NCBI GenBank assembly: GCA_030141605.1
Contig: JAQGDQ010000221.1
Location: 124,001 to 188,000 of the forward strand
Direction: 5' to 3'
DNA: 64,000 nucleotides
DNA from: Tubiluchus corallicola
Lineage: Eukaryota; Animalia; Priapulida
The position numbers and the translations under genes were made by a program. The notes below the pieces were generated by a model that saw only the letters and a program-made list of their open reading frames with translations, did not search any database and was not told the origin of the DNA. Below, one piece after another: positions 37,498-50,461 of the stretch. Every line of letters starts with the position of its first letter. The stretch's first letter is position 1.

Positions 37498-38165
37498 CTA
37501 TACAGCATTACCAGTTGTTAACACGTCGTGTGGAAAGGTCATCGTGTCTACTAGCTGTACAAAACTTTTACCAGCGGCTTGGCACTCACTTATTTTACAT
37601 AGTACACTGGTAGTGTGATGAAATGTTTCATCAAAATTTGACTGTACAATACCGTGCATAGTACGCTAAGTATCAATTTTCAGTTATATGCATATTCTTA
37701 TTCTCCTATTCATGGTAATCATTTTGGTACCAGTTTCATCTCTCCATGTTGCAAAATAACAGTACAGTGTGATATCAAATTACTATTAAATTAGAAAAAA
37801 AAAACAAAATCCGAAAATTTATAAAAATTGACTATTCGGACTTATTTGACCTCCAGCTCCATAATTAAGTTAGCACACTATGGACGGTTTTGCTTTGCAC
37901 GGTCACATCATGACGAATCCTACAGCATTTACATTGCGGGAGAAACTTTTTATACAAGGGACAAACAGAAATTTCGGGCAAACAAAACTGCCCGACTGTC
38001 TTTCCGCAATTGCATTTGCGGAACGTGTCACGTAAGTTTACAACTGAAACATGTAATACACGCAATTTAGTATGAAACATTCAATAATTTTTAGTGTATT
38101 GAAGTCACATAAAATACTTCACATCGAGTTTAAATATACTGCAAAGCAGTTGATACTTGATAGTA

Positions 38166-38653
38166 CAGTCAACGTTCGATATAAGGACGCCTCGGGAACG
38201 GAAAAACCGTCCCTTATATCCGATGTCCCTTATAGCCGAAGTTGAGTCAGATCGAGGGTGTATCTAGACCTGTACTTTTACCCATATTATTTATGGATTA
38301 TTGCTACACATTCAGTGCAAACGGTATGTAAGAAGCTCCTTCAGTGATGCCAGAGGTATGTGACTGCGGAAACCGAGCTGTTTGAAGGCCGAGTTTGCGA
38401 AAAATTGAAGTTAAAAATCGATCAATTTCGCTTTGATCATAGGGTCCCTTATATGCGAGGTAATTTACCTGGGCTTCTATTACGCGGGACCTGAAAATAT
38501 CATCTGTTATAACCGAAAGTCCCTTATATCCGAGTACCTTATATACGAAGATTTTTACAAGGAAAAACGTTACGAAAAATCGGGACCGGTGTTGGTGGTC
38601 CCTTATAAGCAAATGTCCCTTACAAGCGAGTACCTTGTACCCGAGGTTGACTG
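38166..38653. mobile_element. Tc1/mariner-pogo-like MITE
   Basis: TA|CAGTCAACGTTCG…CGAGGTTGACTG|TA with repeated CCCTTATA subterminal motifs. Confidence 0.78.
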
Positions 38654-40298
38654 TATTTTCTAAAAGTAGTTTGCATTCTCTATGAAGCCATACATTGTAC
38701 ATTATTTATACACTTATATTATTAATATATGCTTGTCCACCTAGCAGTCGTATACGATTAGCTGCACGTAAAGCACCTCAGTTACAGAGTTCTTTGTGAG
38801 TCCATAACAGGTTTGCTACAACCATGTTATACTGTGTCAGCCTATTGATAAGCTCAAGTGTGGCAAGAAAGTAACGACATCACAATTGCTTTTTTGTAAA
38901 ACGTGCATTGATTTGGCCTGTGTTGGACAACCATTACTTTGCTTTTTAGTGAGTTTTACACCTATCCAGTGGGATTGCTGGATCCCTTTGCTTTGACTCA
39001 ATATAAGAAAAGTGCCTTACTTTCATTGGAATACAGAGAACTATTCTTGTTACGTTAAATCACATTGCATCCTCTCTCAATGTGCAGATTTTGTTTGTGA
39101 AGCAGTGTAATTTGTTTGCAATGTTGAGGTTTTGGGACCAGGTATTGTTTTGTTTGTGAAAGTTGTCTACGTTGAGAAGTTTATATGCCGTCAAATATAG
39201 AAAATTTTCACGAAGAAGCTTACGTTTTTCGCAGTTTTCATTTTCTCCAGTTCTTCCAACAGCTGATAATAAACTTTCTCTAGAGATTCATAAAATTACA
39301 ATCTAACCACTGAGAACTGTTTCTATCTACCCGTGTGTTGAATGAATAATCGTGACAATTAGTAAGTGCCAATTTCAAAGTCTAATCAATGGTATACTTG
39401 CACCCGAGTGGTCACAGTGCTCTTTTAGTGACTGTAGTTAAGCAATACTAAGTCTGGTGGTCAGCAAGCAACCGCCTACAGAAAAGCGGCGGCTTTTGTA
39501 TAGGTACTGTGGAACTGCAGCACCCCCCATTTGCTGCCCAATATTATCGATGATATTCAATGTGATGTCTTTTTTCTTTATACTTGTATGGAACCAGAGC
39601 ATGTGAGGGTAGTACTGTTTGCTTTACTGCCCAGCACAATGTGCTATAGCAACGCAGTGTTTGACTGTTATGTGCATGCAGCCATGAGCACATGTCTGAG
39701 CCCAGGTAGAGATAGTACTGTCGCTCAGGCAGTTTGTTGTCAGTTGTCAAGTGCTTACCGTGAACGGATCAAGCTTGAACTGTGACAATTTAGACTATTA
39801 GTAAGCAAAAAATATTTTTTGTTTAGGCTATGTTTATGTATAAACTTTCATGTTTGTTTATTTAAAATTACAATTACAAAATACAACATTAAAAATACAT
39901 ATGTTTGTTTCATTTTACACAATATTAGAACAATGGCTTGAAATTTTCTGAAGCAGTACCCCAAGTAACTTTAGCTACGAGCCGCCACTGCTACAGAATA
40001 CTGTTACATCCGCTACTATTGACAAAATGCAAAATGACCAAATGCTAATTTTTACAACTACTGAAAATTTTTAGCATTTATGTAGAAAATTAACCCATTT
40101 TCAAATGTCCACTGCCACTACTCATCACTCACAAATGTTCGTAGCATAATTCTTTGAACTAAGTGGGCTGATGTTCTGATAACTGATGTTTCGAATCACT
40201 GCTGATAATTGCTTTTTCATACAATTGTTGTTCTATATCTATAATAACGAATTGTAAATTTTATTTACATTACAGTACGTAATAACAATTTTAATTAA

Positions 40299-40761
40299 AG
40301 GAAAGGTCAAGCCTTCTGGGAAGTTCAATGTTTTGCAATAAGCACCTCGTGTAATTAGTAAAATCATTTTAAAGTCACGATCACTTCATGCTTGGATGCT
40401 TCAGTTTTCAATGCCCATTCTTCTTTCAATGACGTCATTCGTCTTGAAGAAAAGTAGCGCACTGTCAATCTTCACCAAAGGATAAGTTTTATAAGATAAG
40501 GATAACCAAAATAAATTAGATAGCTAATTCTGTAATATTTTGCTTGAACGTAAAGTAAGCTGCAGAAGTTCGAATTAGTTTAAGCAGCTTACAAAAAGCC
40601 ACGACGTCTCCCAGTTATGATTTTCAAGTGAATGGCGGCAAATGCCATGCCTGAAAATTTCTATTCGTAGGTAATATATTTCAGTTCTTTGCAAAATTTC
40701 TTTGTTATTTAAGCGATAACAGTAAAATAATACCAACATACCGAGTGACTTGGCCTTTTCT
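40299..40761. mobile_element. Kolobok-like TTAA MITE
   Basis: TTAA|AGGAAAGGTCAAG…CTTGGCCTTTTCT|TTAA. Confidence 0.65.
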
Positions 40762-41567
40762 TTAACTTTAAACAAAGTAAGAGTTTTGAATCACCTGAAA
40801 AACGTGTAATAAACTCCTAAGCCATGGCTATCGATTACTACTGCTATGATAATGAAAGGCTACACGGATTTCTAAAAATCTTAAAGCTAAAAGCCTTGAT
40901 AAAATTAAACAATGAAACGGAATTAAATTTGGATACTTTACAAAAACAGAAGTTGACCAACAAAAGCAAGATACTTTTTATCTGTGACTAAAATGGCCGA
41001 CCATAGATCATAAAACAGCTAACTACTATACTAAACAAGCTCACACTTCCCAAAAATTTTAACATTTTTCACGAATGATCAAAGAGAGCTTCAAATACAA
41101 ATATGCACAATCTTTTAATTAATTCATCTATATACAACTAGACTTGTAACCTTCCCACGCATCTCGGATCTGTTTGTGTTCAGCCGAAGTCCTTAAAGTG
41201 CTCCCAGGGATCTTAAGGATGTACAGAGCTTATTTACAAATAAATGCGATCTTGAAAAAGCGAAGAAATTATTCACAAAAGAATTTGTGGACGTCAATTA
41301 ACTGTGGCTAGAATAGACAAGTGTTTGTCCAAGATTCCCTTATTGTCCACGATTATCACTTAGTATGCTAAAACAGATTTAAATGCTATCACACCATATT
41401 TCTGCTGCATTTAAAGTCTGTCATATGATGAGAAGCCACGGTATGTTATTGCATTTCCACACACATTGCTACGTGTCCAAAGACTAGCAAAGCCACTCCA
41501 CAAAACGACGTCCAACATCAACGTTAGTTTCAGGCTGCTGGTGGTTTGCGTCGTCATGGCAACGGTG

Positions 41568-44500
41568 TCAGTGAACGACGGGCGCGAGCGGTTCTGCTTT
41601 GATGTTAGCTAAGTCCAAGTTTTTATCGACATCCTCATCAATTTCACCAATCACGGCACTGCAAAAATAAAAAACAAACTCAAAGTGACACCTTGACTTT
41701 AATCAAAGTGACACCAATCGCATAACACAAAATTTCGACTAACTCAAATAAAAAATTAAGGTCCATTTAATCAAAATACATGTAATTTACTTCGCCTAAC
41801 TCAAAAATGCAATTTACACTCTAGAAAAATAAAAAGTTTTGTGCAACTCAAAAACAGTATCGTCTTCCAAGAAAATTCTGATGTCTTACAAGTCGCGGCT
41901 CACAATTATTTTCTCCGGAAAGTCTTAGTCGGCGACGTGAAAACAATCACTCTATTTTCATTGTCTGTTCGAATTCACTGTCTCTGTCTAACACTTATCA
42001 TTGTCTCAGTGTGAAACTCGGTTTTTATGTTATTCTTTATGTAAATGTTCTGAAATCTTGTCGTTGATGTATAGAAGGGATGACTTCTATTTAGCTCGCC
42101 GTCTGGAGGAAGGATTCAGAGTTTTTATCAGTCTAGGTAGATTTGAGCTATGCAGAGCTATACTGTAGTCGTAAAACATTAGCAGTGGTCGACATTGTAA
42201 CCGGCTTTAGATTATTTTTTTTAAAATCTTTAGAGTTTTTTGCCGTGATTGCAAGACGTTGCCAAAATTTCTCAAAACCGATGAGACTAAATTGTTTTGA
42301 CTTGAAGTTTAAGATTGGGCCCTGTTAATCACAATATTTGCATTTTCATTGTTGGAACTGGGTAGAAATGTCAGGCTCGGGTAATAAACAATGCGGGTAA
42401 TTACTCAAGTAACAGTTGGAAACACTCTCATTTTGACATCAAATGGTTGGCAGGTCTGAGAAAGTAAACTAACTGGAACATATGCTCACAGCAAAGTAAA
42501 ATATTATTTGTGTGCTTGCAAACCAAAACAGTCCATAAGCCAGCATAATTAAAACTACGTTACAATACTTCAAAGTAGAATGCTCCAAAAATTTGGTCAA
42601 ATGTAAATTTTTTTTTGTTTTTTATAATAACAAACAGTAAACAGTAACTATATGGACTTTTATATTCTAGCATCAAATTGTCAAAAAAATTCTAAAGATA
42701 CTAAAAATCTAATTTTATAACCGTGTACCTAGTTTCTGGCTGGGTAAAACTTGTATTTTCAAACTCTGATAGAAGCAATCATTTTTCTTTGGGTTCTTTC
42801 TGCTGCCAAACCCAGATCTTCATCAGGAAGAGCCATCTACTGTATTTACACATGACATCAATGTGTTCTTGCAAAGTCCGTAGCAACCAACATTTCTACG
42901 GTTGCTAAGCGTTTTGTGGAAACACGACAAAAAACAATGGCAAACTTTATGATTTTCTCAAGATTATGTTTTTCATTGCCTGCACCTCAACTTCAACGTG
43001 GGATTATCTCAGATTAGAAATAACATAGAGCGATGAACTTGGTAGCAAAATGGTCCTCATGAAATGGAGATTCAGGATATGAGAATAACTAGAAAAGGTT
43101 AGTTGCCGACTTATACTAACGTTCTAAGCGAGTCAAAGTGACTTACACATTATCACCGCGAATGATGTATAATCCCAGGACGATTTGTTCAACACCCATC
43201 GATGAGCTGTAAACTCTCTCATGAGATTCATCCAAGATCAGATTGACTGTTTGATCAAAACCTTTTAATGTTCCCTAAAAGCAATGAAAACTATTGAGTG
43301 TTTAGCGAGCGTCTCCACTCATCAACATTCCAGTAACAATCCAGAAATGAAAACTGTTACATCCTATGATACAGTATTTGCTAATGAAATGCCAAGTAAC
43401 AAATATCTGATTAAAACAATACAACTTTTATTAAAAATTTAATTTACAACTGTTTAAAAAACATGTCACATGACAAAAAGACACATTTTTTAAAACAGTT
43501 GAAAATCAAAGTTTTTAATAAACATTGTGTTGTTTTAATAATAAATGCTTAAAGTGCTGTATAAATTGACAAATATCTTAATTGGCCTCTAAAATTAGTT
43601 AAAAATTCCAAATGACTCAGAAGCTCAAAAAATGTCAAAAGGGGAGAATTTTTGGAGCATTTTTTGAAGCTTAGCAAATGTTTAAAGCTGAATGGTGAAA
43701 TTATATTATTTAAGATCAGTTAAAATCAGAGTTTGTTTATTTCCCATCGGTTACCAATAATCCTCTAAATTTTTTAATGCACATTTTTTGTTTTTTAGTT
43801 TTTTGTTTCCTAAATTACTAAATTATATTATCGATTATAGTATAGCCTCTTTTTTGTATGCATAAGCCTTAAATTATCGCATGTTGATAATTATTGTATA
43901 AAGAGGAAACTGGGTGAACACTAGTCTCGTGAGAAGTGCCGAGATGCGAGAGCTAACTGTAGAAAAACAAGACTGCACCCCAGCCGAAACTGTGATATTA
44001 TAATAATTATTGTGTTTTACATTTCAAATAAAAAATATGCTTTTTATACGACTGCACTAGGTAAATATCAACATTCAAAAAAATGATAAACTGCCCACCT
44101 ATGTGTGCGACAAAAAAATTACCCAGGTGATTAGACGGAAACAGAAGTATTTTGACTGTCAGCCCTAATTTGAACAGGGTTTAAGATCTCTTGAAAAATC
44201 ATGTCATAAGATGATGCAAACTGCAAATATTTACTTCTAAAAAGTCTTTTACACTGTCGTCCTTTAACCCTTTCACTAGGGAAGGTGGCACACTGCCGCC
44301 TATGTTTTTCATGGAAGGCGCAGAAGGCGGTAGACAGACGCCCTAGCTCAGCAGTAAGTGCAGTCACCCAGGTTTGTTTATTTCACTGATACAGCCATGC
44401 AAAACATTGTAGAAAAGTTTAACAGCCGTGGGATTGCGGTTGTTTCGCAACAAGTAACGCCAATCAGCATCTGAAGTCAGGGTGCATTCCACAATACTGT

Positions 44501-45678
44501 GTTATATGATACATTCTCACACAAAAATCACTTGTTGATGGTTGGTGAAACATATGTTTAGTGACTTGTTCTGCATTTTTTATAAAATGATTGTATATTA
44601 TGGATTAGTATTGTGTCTTTTGTGAAAATTAGTTTCCAAATAAAAGTATATGCTTATTTGTGAAGGTTAGCGCGTGTGTGAGTGCATGGGTGCATGCATG
44701 TATGCGTGCACGTGTACAACAAATAAAACTAATATTCAATATTTGTGTTTAATAACAGGCGGCTATTTGTTTATTTACAAGATTCTGTTTTAGTAACACA
44801 CCACAAGAAGTTACAGTCAAATGTGCAAAGCATATGGTCCGTTTAAAATGCAAAGTTCTACAGAGTGAAAGGGTTAAGATGTCGTTCATCTGAAGTCTAC
44901 TTCAACATTTCGTTGAACAATGAATATAAAAACCAGTACTCACCACAATATTTCGACCATCTGAAGTAATTATGGATACTGTATCTATAGTTTGCATGTT
45001 AAAAAAAATTCAAAAACTACAAGCCTTCCTCATATAACAATTGTGTAACAGACACTATAAAGGAAAACAAAATGATTTTTTACCCCATTATGAACTATGG
45101 CCAAAACTATACATTTTAACGCCATTCATAATGCCAAAGTGTTTCTGATATTTAACTAATACGTGGGTTAAAAACTTAATTAACGGTGGCCTAGTTATGA
45201 TATAACCACCAAACACAATTTTCAACAGAATAAACATTCCATGAGTGTGTTGCACATGTTTGCAAAAGCAAAAATCAAAGTACAGTGCTACTGTACAACA
45301 TTCAGTCTGACACAAAAACTCAGCAAATTTTAAGTTGAGAATTCGAATTGGTGTGTAAATTAGGGCATTTTTAAGTCATGCTCTCAAAAGAAAACTTTTT
45401 GAGCTGAGCTGGCTTAGCATGTACGCAACATGATGAGTTGGCTTAGCATGTACGTAAGATGGTTAAAGAATGCTCGATAAAGCTGGAATTCTCAAGGTTA
45501 CCTTAAATTCTGAACTGAAAGTAAACCTACATAGTACAAATCATATTTTAAAATTTGAATTTTAAGATGATTGTGTGCTTTTAAATGTATACAGCATATT
45601 TATATTTTACACTAAAAATACACAAATAGCTAAGTTACAAAGGATACGATTAATGTACTGCTCTAACGCTGAGGCCAT
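41568..45678 (-). CDS. LSM8: U6 snRNA-associated Sm-like protein LSm8; exons 45678-45648, 44984-44944, 43274-43147, 41658-41568 (96 aa)
   Basis: Spliced product MASALEQYINHTVSIITSDGRNIVGTLKGFDQTVNLILDESHERVYSSSMGVEQIVLGLYIIRGDNVAVIGEIDEDVDKNLDLANIKAEPLAPVVH* has the Sm1/Sm2 motifs and LSm8-specific sequence; 291 nt in frame. Confidence 0.97.
42509..43114. mobile_element. MITE family B copy in the last LSM8 intron
   Basis: Colinear with 26979-27625; right end truncated at TTGCCGACTTAT. Confidence 0.7.
44267..44873. mobile_element. piggyBac-like MITE in an LSM8 intron
   Basis: TTAA|CCCTTTCACT…AGTGAAAGGG|TTAA perfect termini. Confidence 0.8.
44985..45647 (-). other. U12-type (minor spliceosome) GT-AG intron of LSM8
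   Basis: Donor GTATCCTTT matches the U12 consensus exactly. TTTTTAAC branch-point-like motif ends 13 nt before the exon, with no polypyrimidine tract between. Confidence 0.85.
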
Positions 45679-46553
45679 CTGTAGTCGATTTTTTCTATAA
45701 TTGTCTATATAGAAACATTAATACCTGAAATGTGAAAAAATACATTAAAAATGAAGAACACAACACAAGGCTTATGAATACGCCTGTAACGATACATCGT
45801 GATACCTTTTGTAACGATACATGTATCGTCAAAATGCACCAGTATCGCAATAATGTGAATCATTGATATTTAGCGCAAGCTAGACTGCCCGCAGATTAAA
45901 ATAATGTGAAATAATTCAAGCTACAGTTGTATTCAATCAGTGCAGTGAGCGCAGCATATATGGGCAGCTTGACTTCGACACAGGCAGACTGCAGACCAAT
46001 GCATTTATAACAATGTATAGTATGCTAATTACATTTTTGCTTATAAGTTTCTGAAATGGCTTGCAGCAAATGTGAACTAAAAAACACACCAGCATATTTT
46101 AAATCAAAAACATTTGAAATGTCTTGCATTTCTGGTGGTTTACAATGCAAATAATACAACAACATAAATAGAAATCAAACAGTTTGCTGAATTATTTCAG
46201 AACTTACCAATTTTAAAATTGTTTAATAAATCTAATATAAATATACAATATAACAGCTTAATCTAGTTTTTTGTATTAAAGCCTGCAAACGTTAACTCAT
46301 TGTGTATTGTTACAGCCCTACTTATCTCAGTAACAATGGTTCGGTGAATGATTTATTATGAAAAGTGATTTAATTGAGCTATACAAACTTTCACAAAGTG
46401 TCTATACTATAGTATGATAAAAATTTGATTGTGCCTTAATATTTTTATGCAGATTATGAAATTATTTATTTAGGATACAAATTCCTACATTTGCAATATG
46501 TCAAGAATGCAAGCCAGAAAACTTTATTTTGTAAATGGCAGTTTCGTTGGAAT

Positions 46554-46960
46554 CAGGGTTCCCACAGAATTTTAAAATAAATTTCCCTGACTTTTCTATA
46601 TAATTCCTCGAGTAAATATTGATTTTCCATGACCAAGATAAGCAGAAACTACATTACCAGTATACATATTCAGACACTTTTGTGTATGCACATTCAGACG
46701 TATACTAATATAAAATAGGTCAGCCAATCATTATTTTTGGAATAGAAATTGAAAACTGTAAACCTGCCATAGCAAAATTTCATTTGAACATGAATCGCGG
46801 AAAAATATCGGTTCAGGGTGATTATTTTTGCAACCCGCTCCAATTTCCCAGACTCTTCTGCCCCATTTTCATCATTTTTCCTGACTTTTTAGTAAATTAT
46901 TCCATGACTTTCCAGGATAGCCTGTATTTTCAAGGATTTTTCCTGACCATGGGAGCCCTG
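46554..46960. mobile_element. TIR MITE, same family as 8363-8780
   Basis: CAGGGTTCCCACAG…CCATGGGAGCCCTG; flanks ttggaat/gtggaat resemble a 7-bp TSD. Confidence 0.7.
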
Positions 46961-47255
46961 GTGGAATCAGTCCTCAAATTGTAGATTCATCTATAAATTA
47001 TGTTCTTCTGTGATCTTCAATAGAAGACTTGATTTTCCCAGGCCACTCTAAACTTAGCTACTATCTTCATATGACTCAGTGAGTGCAGTTTAGTAGAAGC
47101 TACCAAACATTTTTTGTCTGCGTGTGTGCTTTATGTTCTAATCAGAGGAACTTGCTGTTATACAACATTTTGTAGCATACTGGCTTATCTAGTTTCAAAC
47201 TGGTAGATTTATTATCAAGTGAAGGCACTGATCAAAACGCTTTTGAATTTGATGC

Positions 47256-47348
47256 GATACTTAAGACTTTTATTCTTATTATAGACACAATACTTAAGAC
47301 TTTTATTCTTATTATAGACACGATACTTAAGACTTTTATTCTTATTAT
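47256..47348. repeat. 32-bp tandem triplication
   Basis: ATACTTAAGACTTTTATTCTTATTATAGACAC occurs three times, the last copy truncated. Confidence 0.85.
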
Positions 47349-50300
47349 GTATTCTTTATATTCTTAATATTATACTAATATATACTATTTTATTCTTATA
47401 TAGCACTTCTCATTTAAACAAGTGGACACCATTACAGTGCCAACATTTTGCAAGTGATAGAGTCACATCACCGTGAACTCTTTTTAGTTTTATGAGAAAA
47501 TTTTCCATTGTGATAAACTTTTCCTTTTGTGTTGACTAAAGTACGTGAACATTTTGTCGGTAGACTATGAGGTGGAGATTGTCCTTACAAATGTACTACA
47601 TGCAACGTGACGAAGATGTGAATTAAAAGTGGTTAGTCATCAAGCAAGAAAGAACAAAAAATTAAAACACATTTAAATTGTAATTGTAATTTATTTTCCA
47701 CTTCAGCACAATTACATTATCACATTGTAATTGTTATACATCAAATCAATTGTAATTACAATAATTGTAAAAGAACTATATTAATATAGTTACTAATTGC
47801 ATAGTTTACCAACAGGAAATATATGCTGCACAGCGGTCAAGAAGCAAAGCTTGTAAGACCACCATGAAAAGTGGAGAAAAAACTGCTTAATTAAGAGGAG
47901 AAAGAATTATAGAAAAACAAGGAATGGTTAAGATAAAATAATACACAAAGATAGAGAAAAGAGAAATGAAATAGAAAGGAGTTCAGCAGAGACGCGATGC
48001 AAAAGTATGAAATTATAAACTGTAAAGTAACCAGTCGTGGGATGTATTGTAACTATCACACTTCACGGCAAAACCCAAAATGCGTTATATTTATAAGTAA
48101 GATTTGAGCAAAAGAGATTTCAAATATCTTTTAAAGCCAAATAACTTTCGATGTGTTGTGACATAAATTGATATTTTAAATGTCATAAATTGATATTTTA
48201 AAAATGACAGTGAAATGATCCCACATAATTGATCAAGTTTGGCCATCTTATTCATTGACGAAGTCGATCTAGTTGAACCACAGCTGCATCAACGTTTATG
48301 GTGGTACTTACCCTAACAAAAAACGGAAGCCACAAAATGAATTAATTATGGCTTCAACTACTTATGATCACTACTGATTATAATTTATAGCCTGAGTGAG
48401 GCAAAGCACTAAAAATGTTACAAAACCCTAAAAAATTTGTAAGACAGAAAAAAGTATCATTACACCAGCACCTGTTGGACCTTTTCCGTTTTATTATCTA
48501 ATCATAAAATACGCAAGAAGAAATTCGTTACAAAATCACAAGCAGAAATTTTTTTAAAGACTAAAGAACGTACTGAAAACGATTTTCGAAATCGTGCAGT
48601 CAGCAATGTGAAAAACCCTTGTAAGTTAAACTTCCTCTTCGTTAACGTTTGCACGCAACGTGTTTTATTTTGTATCCACATAGCCTCGTCTGCTCACTGT
48701 CCAGTGCTGTAAGAGCAATGTTAATAAAGATACATCATGCACTACATACTTGCCCTGACTGCTTACAACAAATGAATACTTTAAAATGTGCTCTTTTTTA
48801 TTTTATGTGAGTGAGCGAGACAGTGAAGACTATTGCATATAGGTGTAGTTGCTGCGTTTTTTGTGAATTCTCAATTTTTATGAATACGTTTATCAGTAAG
48901 TAAATGCAAGCATTCTGGAATACAAAATAGTGGGAAGGGTGAATAAATTTTCTTATTGTAGATTTCACATAGCACACTTATCATATTATAAATACCCAAC
49001 CAAAACTGATAACATGATTAAGATGCATATAGAACCTTGCAGTTGCATATCATCTTGTGTTACCAATTACGTTAAATCAAGTCAAATTACATGATTTATT
49101 GTCTACAAAGGATATATAATTACAATTAAATGACACATCAGAATAAAACATATATTTATGTTAGTTACAGACTCAATGGATTAAAATCAAACAAGCAAAA
49201 TAACAGCCAGCATTCTTAATTCTGCCTATTTTAAATTCAAAATCAAAACTTTAAATTTACTATTTACCTGTTAACAAACATCATTTAAAATTGAACAGAC
49301 TATAGCTGACGAGTATAATAGCTTACGAGCTTTTAATATTGCTCTTAAAATCATGTCACCACAATTCACCATAATAAAGAATTATACAATAATCACACGC
49401 GCATGATAATAATTATTTGATAGTCAATCGTGATGAAAACTTAACGTCTAATTTACTATACATAATTGAAAGTATGAAGAACCATGCAGTATGTGGCAAT
49501 TAAAGCTTACGAATGTTGTATTTTTCTAGCAAAAAGCTTTTATTTGGCTGATGCAGTAGTACATAGCATACAATACAGCAAATACATTCCAGGTCTTAAA
49601 ACAAATTTAACAAAACCATATTTACGAATATAAAATAAAAAGTCGCATAAAGTGTTGCGATACTACGCAGTATTTAATAATACTAACTATGATAATACAA
49701 TATGCAAACAAAAAGTTTTAGGTCAACAGTCAAGTATATAATTATCATAACTAAAATGCTGCTTAAAGAGCAGCAAGAATTTTCTCAAAATTTTTATTAT
49801 ATTTTATTATTATATTATTGTGTTTTTTTATTAATTTTGTCAGGTAGATGGTATTGACAATGAAGTCATTAAAATTTAATGCTTGTCCTTCTGGTTAAAA
49901 TTGTCTTGGAAAATTGGAAATGTATCCCACAAAGATGACAACTATTGATTAAAGAACTTTGTTCTTTCCTTTAGTCATATTTGCTCATAAATTACCTGCG
50001 AATTTTTTCAAACGAAAGTGGTTAAGCGTGTCTAGATGCTTTATTTTTTCTAATTCTTGGTTGGCATTTCCTGTTTTCCGATTGCGGATCATCACTTACA
50101 GGAAGTACAGAAAATAAAGACTTAGAAAACATCATATTCAATATGTCTCTTGTTTTGCAAAAAAGCTTGAAAATAATCGTTTTTCCCGTATGTTCCAAAT
50201 CGAAAAATAAACTCGTATTGAGCTATACGAGACCGCGATGGTTCACTTGTGTTACTATTTATTGATTTTTGGCTGTCAAAACAACTGTCTAAAGAAATTT

Positions 50301-50461
50301 ATAAATCCGGAAGTAATACCTATTAACAAGATAGATTCTACCGTCCATTCTGTAACAATCAGTAAACTTGAAACGATACATAATAAAGATGAAAGTTTAG
50401 AGCCTAGTTTAGTAGACGTAATAAATGCATACTAAACTATGCGGTATATGCCAGTTCAAAC

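Noticed and set aside
38304-38702. 132-aa ORF
   Set aside because: Lies mostly within a Tc1/pogo-like MITE and shows no transposase motifs.
45695-45724. VLMFLYRQL as a downstream GRL exon
   Set aside because: It stops after 9 codons, and better GRL exons were found at 54029-53961, 52461-52372 and 50545-50462; this segment is LSM8 5'UTR.
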